Below, in pieces: positions 25,625 through 28,924 of a DNA stretch of 28,924 nucleotides. Numbering within the stretch: position 1 is the stretch's first letter; every line of letters begins with the position of its first letter. The DNA lies in the IMG/VR virus record IMGVR_UViG_3300017785_001263, positions 1-28,924 of that record. One strand, given 5' to 3'. The notes under the pieces are model-generated. The model had not been told where the DNA came from and did not search any database. It saw only the letters and a list, made by a program, of their open reading frames with translations. This DNA comes from a virus (taxonomy: Duplodnaviria; Caudoviricetes). The translations under genes were made by a program, and so were the position numbers.

Positions 25625-25684
25625 GGTTGTTTCCTTTTCCATACCTTACTCTTAGATACTATAACATGGAGCGAGAAATGTCAA
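25625..25684 (-). promoter_or_regulatory. early promoter with conserved leader (cassette copy 5)
   Basis: TTGACA-N17-TAGTAT-CTAAGAGTAAGGTATGGAAAAGGAAACAACC-ATG. Confidence 0.85.
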
Positions 25685-25701
25685 CTAAAAAATGCATTTT
25701 T

Positions 25702-26100
25702 TTAAAATATTTTGCGTAGAAGTCCTGGATTATTAGAGTGATCTGGACCAACCCAACCTTCTGGTTTAATCAGGTCTGGTAGACCAATAGGATTAGGACG
25801 ACTGGCTTTAATGCCAGTTTTCTTAGCCATATTAGGCTTTAGAACTGCATCCCAGGCTTTGTATGAGTCAACCGCAAATCCATCTAGGGTTCCAATAGCC
25901 ACGACACATAGATCGATTAAAGCATCTACTACGTCTTCAGGATTTTCTGCGTCTTTAAGTTCATTAAGTTCTTCCATTAAAAAGTCAATGCGAAACTGCA
26001 GAAACTTCTTGAGAGTTTCGCCATCCATCTTTTCGATGACGGGTCGAACTCCATAGTGCTCGTGCATATCGTAGATGTCTTTTACCCAGTCTTTACTCAT
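25702..26100 (-). CDS. MazG/PRA-PH-like all-alpha NTP pyrophosphohydrolase (start MSKDWVK)
   Basis: EELNEL...DALIDL, NMAK, KPEGW..PD. Confidence 0.85.
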   Translation of the reverse strand: MSKDWVKDIYDMHEHYGVRPVIEKMDGETLKKFLQFRIDFLMEELNELKDAENPEDVVDALIDLCVVAIGTLDGFAVDSYKAWDAVLKPNMAKKTGIKASRPNPIGLPDLIKPEGWVGPDHSNNPGLLRKIF

Positions 26101-26630
26101 GCTATCCACTCCGGTATTTGGCGATTTGTCCATTTATGCATTCTCTGCTTCGCTACGCGATAGTAGTTGCGATAAGACGTAACAGAGTCATGTTCTACTT
26201 TATACTCATCCGGCATAGCCGGTGTTACTGGCGTTAGGTATCCTACATGGATATTATGAGGGGTAGATCGCAAAGAGTCCACTAGAGTGGCACACTTATG
26301 GACTTTACCATATCGGTAGGTGTATTCATCTAGCAAGGCAAGAAAATGAGCATAGAGCCAATTGTAATTGTTATTCGAATTCCTGCACCACACAGCAGAT
26401 GGGTGGTTAATATGTGTTGCCTGATAGAGAACGGCGTCGCGAAAGTCTGGAAGACGCCAGCGCTTAGCTTTACGGCCAGATAGAGACTGGCCAACAAACT
26501 CTTCGCCATCAATGACACGATGAGCTGTAGAAAGGAGTTGCGCGGTTTCTAGGATCATTTTGACAACATGTTTGTCAACCATCATCCGCGCGGCTTCGAA
26601 TGGATCTTCACTGATATAGAAGATGTTCAC
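26097..26630 (-). CDS. pyrimidine dimer DNA glycosylase / endonuclease V-like protein
   Basis: MNIF...DKHVVKMILE.AQLLSTAH, TH.NHPSAVW, EYTYRYGK.H, AMPDEYK. Confidence 0.8.
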   Translation of the reverse strand: MNIFYISEDPFEAARMMVDKHVVKMILETAQLLSTAHRVIDGEEFVGQSLSGRKAKRWRLPDFRDAVLYQATHINHPSAVWCRNSNNNYNWLYAHFLALLDEYTYRYGKVHKCATLVDSLRSTPHNIHVGYLTPVTPAMPDEYKVEHDSVTSYRNYYRVAKQRMHKWTNRQIPEWIA

Positions 26631-26911
26631 TTGTTTTTTGTTCCTTGTTCTTTTTCTGCTTCTTCGATAGCACGGGTTAGAGCTTCATTAATCCAAGCTT
26701 CGATGTGAATTTGAAGATCACTGAATTCTTCTTGATCCATCTTTTCTTGATCCACTGCTATCATGTTATTATTACCATCTATCTTAAAAATGTCAATAGA
26801 CATTTTCATAGTTCCGTCATCATTTTCAAAAAGAAAGTCTTCGTGAATTGGGATGCTGATGAAGTAGTCTTTGATCCTGAATCCAGGACGCTTATGCTGA
26901 TCTAGTTCCAT
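26627..26911 (-). CDS. hypothetical acidic protein
   Basis: AAGGAG SD, overlaps both neighbours by a few bases. Confidence 0.7.
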   Translation of the reverse strand: MELDQHKRPGFRIKDYFISIPIHEDFLFENDDGTMKMSIDIFKIDGNNNMIAVDQEKMDQEEFSDLQIHIEAWINEALTRAIEEAEKEQGTKNK

Positions 26912-27395
26912 TTAAGTACTCCTTCTGCTTTTTGAAAGCTTTCTCACGATGATATGCATTTGCTCGGCTATAGAAGATGGTGCCATCCAGGTGATCCATC
27001 TCATGCTGAATTACTCTAGCAGTAAGACCTGCTACGTTAATCGTATCGATTCCTCCTGATGGAGTCTGAAACCGCAACCTTACTGTGTTCCAACGCTTTA
27101 CTTTTACATTGATTCCTGGAAACGATAAGCAACCCTCTTCCAATAAATTCTGTTCGTCACTGTGACTGACGATTTTTGGATTGAAGCAGGCGTAGTTTTG
27201 ATTCTCTCCTCGCATTACAAATACACGTAAAGGATGGCGAATTTGATTTGCAGACAGTCCAATAGACTTATGATCATTCATAGTCTTCAACATCTCTTCA
27301 ACCAATTCAAACTGGTTAACTTGCGGGTTAGTAAAATCAAACTTAACCGTAGGAATAGTTAGTACTGGATCAGGAAATTTTACGATCTGTGTCAT
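26892..27395 (-). CDS. def: peptide deformylase
   Basis: GLSANQ, EGCLS, QHEMDHLDG. Confidence 0.95.
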   Translation of the reverse strand: MTQIVKFPDPVLTIPTVKFDFTNPQVNQFELVEEMLKTMNDHKSIGLSANQIRHPLRVFVMRGENQNYACFNPKIVSHSDEQNLLEEGCLSFPGINVKVKRWNTVRLRFQTPSGGIDTINVAGLTARVIQHEMDHLDGTIFYSRANAYHREKAFKKQKEYLNGTRSA

Positions 27396-28924
27396 GCTGC
27401 GATCCTGCTAAAGTTTTTGTGCTTCTCAAACTTAATCACATTGGCGAACTTATCAACCATCTGGTCTACTTTGTGACTGATGATAAAAGTGTTCGTGTCT
27501 TGCGTCAGAGTTCCAATAATTTTGAGGAACTCGTCGGTGCCATTAGAATCGAGAGACCCATCAAGCACTTCGTCCATAATCAATAGGTTTGTCGATGCAC
27601 TATTACGTAACCGAGCAATAGCCCTCCAAGTAAATAGGATCGATAGATTAATCCTCATCTTTTCACCTTCTGAGAACGATGAGTAACTAAACTCATCGCG
27701 AAATCGTGACTTGATCTTTTCTTCAAAGTTCTCATCCATCTCAAAGTTAACGAAGAAGTCCATAGCAGACAGATACTTATTGATTAATTTATTTATGACT
27801 GGCACGTATTGCTTGATGATCTTAGCTTTGATACCGGTATCTTTGAGGATAATAGCCGATACACTGAGCGCGTCTTTATCTCGAAGAAGTTCTGCTTTTT
27901 CATCCGAGAGTCTACCAATCATTTTTTCAAGCTCTTTCATCTTATCATCATCGACTTCAAGCTTATTGCTACTATCTTGAATATCTTTAATTTGCTTTAC
28001 TAGATTCTTACACTGATCCATAAGACCATTAATGGAAATATTCTTAGCAACGATATCGATGTTTAGCGAATTAATGTTAGACATCACATCGGAGATAGAC
28101 TTAAGGCGTTCAAAGACTCGAGTTATTTCTTCTTGAAGTTGACTATTAGCTTCATTGGTTTCTTTAGCCTGATTTTGTTTATGGGCTATTGTATCACACT
28201 TAAACTCTTCATCGATGTCTTGCTTACACGTAGGACATGCATCATGAGAAGAAAAGAATTCTATTTCAGACTCAAGTTTAGAAACTTTATCTGACAATTG
28301 AACTTCAAGTTTCTGCAAACTATTCTGTCTTTTGGCGATGGATTCTTGATCTCCAATCTCAGTTCTAAGCAATTGAATTTCATCACCAAGTTGCTTGACT
28401 AAGTTTCTTTCATCGAAGATGCGAGTTGTGTTTTTATTTAATTCGGCTTTGAGAACTGTAACCCGTTCTTCATTATTACGTTGGATCGCAGAGATGTATT
28501 CATTCTGCATTCGTATCTTTTCAGATGTCAAACTGTGCTCATACTCAACGTTTACTAGAGTAGACGAGTTCAAGCTTATCTTTTCTTTCAAGAGTGAGTT
28601 CATCACAGAGAAGATTTGAATGTCAAGAAGATCTTCAATAACTTCTCGCCGTTGACCTCCAGGAAGTTCCATAAATGGAACGAAAGAAGCTGAGCCGAGA
28701 ACGACTACCTGACAGAAACTTTTATGATTAAGCTTGAGGATTTGCTTCTCAAGCACAGTCTGATAGTCACGGTCAGCTGCTTCTTGGTTGAGAAGTTTGC
28801 CATTCTGATAAACTTCGAATAAGTTTGGCTTCATGCCACGCTTGATGTGATATTGATTCAAACCAATACTGAAGTCAATCTCGACCAAGACGTCTTTCTT
28901 ATTGATCGAGTTTATGATTCTCTC
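27392..28924 (-). CDS. 46: gp46 recombination endonuclease subunit (Rad50/SbcC-like), 5'-truncated by the window
   Basis: QVVVLGSASFVPFM, CPTCKQ zinc hook, FSEGEKMRINL, IMDEVLDGSLD, ISH. Confidence 0.96.
   Translation of the reverse strand, partial: ERIINSINKKDVLVEIDFSIGLNQYHIKRGMKPNLFEVYQNGKLLNQEAADRDYQTVLEKQILKLNHKSFCQVVVLGSASFVPFMELPGGQRREVIEDLLDIQIFSVMNSLLKEKISLNSSTLVNVEYEHSLTSEKIRMQNEYISAIQRNNEERVTVLKAELNKNTTRIFDERNLVKQLGDEIQLLRTEIGDQESIAKRQNSLQKLEVQLSDKVSKLESEIEFFSSHDACPTCKQDIDEEFKCDTIAHKQNQAKETNEANSQLQEEITRVFERLKSISDVMSNINSLNIDIVAKNISINGLMDQCKNLVKQIKDIQDSSNKLEVDDDKMKELEKMIGRLSDEKAELLRDKDALSVSAIILKDTGIKAKIIKQYVPVINKLINKYLSAMDFFVNFEMDENFEEKIKSRFRDEFSYSSFSEGEKMRINLSILFTWRAIARLRNSASTNLLIMDEVLDGSLDSNGTDEFLKIIGTLTQDTNTFIISHKVDQMVDKFANVIKFEKHKNFSRIAA

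Noticed and set aside
417-25684. CRISPR array or IS ends as the source of the repeats
   Set aside because: Copies are dispersed, each contains -35/-10/SD elements, and there is no regular spacing or transposase
529-28619. Numerous plus-strand and alternate-frame ORFs in the supplied track
   Set aside because: They lie antisense to or inside well-supported genes or tRNAs and show no motifs; only 9291..9626 is credible on the plus strand
855-28924. Stop-codon recoding, introns or inteins in core genes
   Set aside because: Core genes are uninterrupted and of normal length in the standard code, TAA/TGA/TAG all end genes, and no suppressor tRNA is seen

Overview
This is a 29-kb segment of a large T4-like (myovirus-type) dsDNA phage genome. 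The host is probably an alphaproteobacterium, inferred from the DUF1127 gene, the Hsp20 with a ROSE-like leader and a leaderless polymerase gene. Almost everything is on the minus strand. It contains the T4 replication/recombination core: gp46 (partial), gp45/gp44/gp62, RegA, gp43, UvsX and gp41. Between gp46 and gp45 lies a compact cytosine-hypermodification locus: MazG-like NTPase, Nmad/DUF1599-like protein, dCMP hydroxymethylase, dCMP deaminase, alpha-glucosyltransferase, an atypical C5-cytosine methyltransferase, DUF3310 and a GT-A glycosyltransferase. Accessory enzymes include peptide deformylase, a DenV-like glycosylase, an LpxH-like phosphoesterase, an amidinotransferase, a radical SAM/SPASM protein, and a QueC-like ATPase followed by two tandem methyltransferases. 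There are four tRNAs, a CCA-ending tRNA-like RNA, and five copies of a conserved promoter+leader cassette heading blocks of small early genes. All calls come from reading motifs and from recalled similarity; no database search was run.
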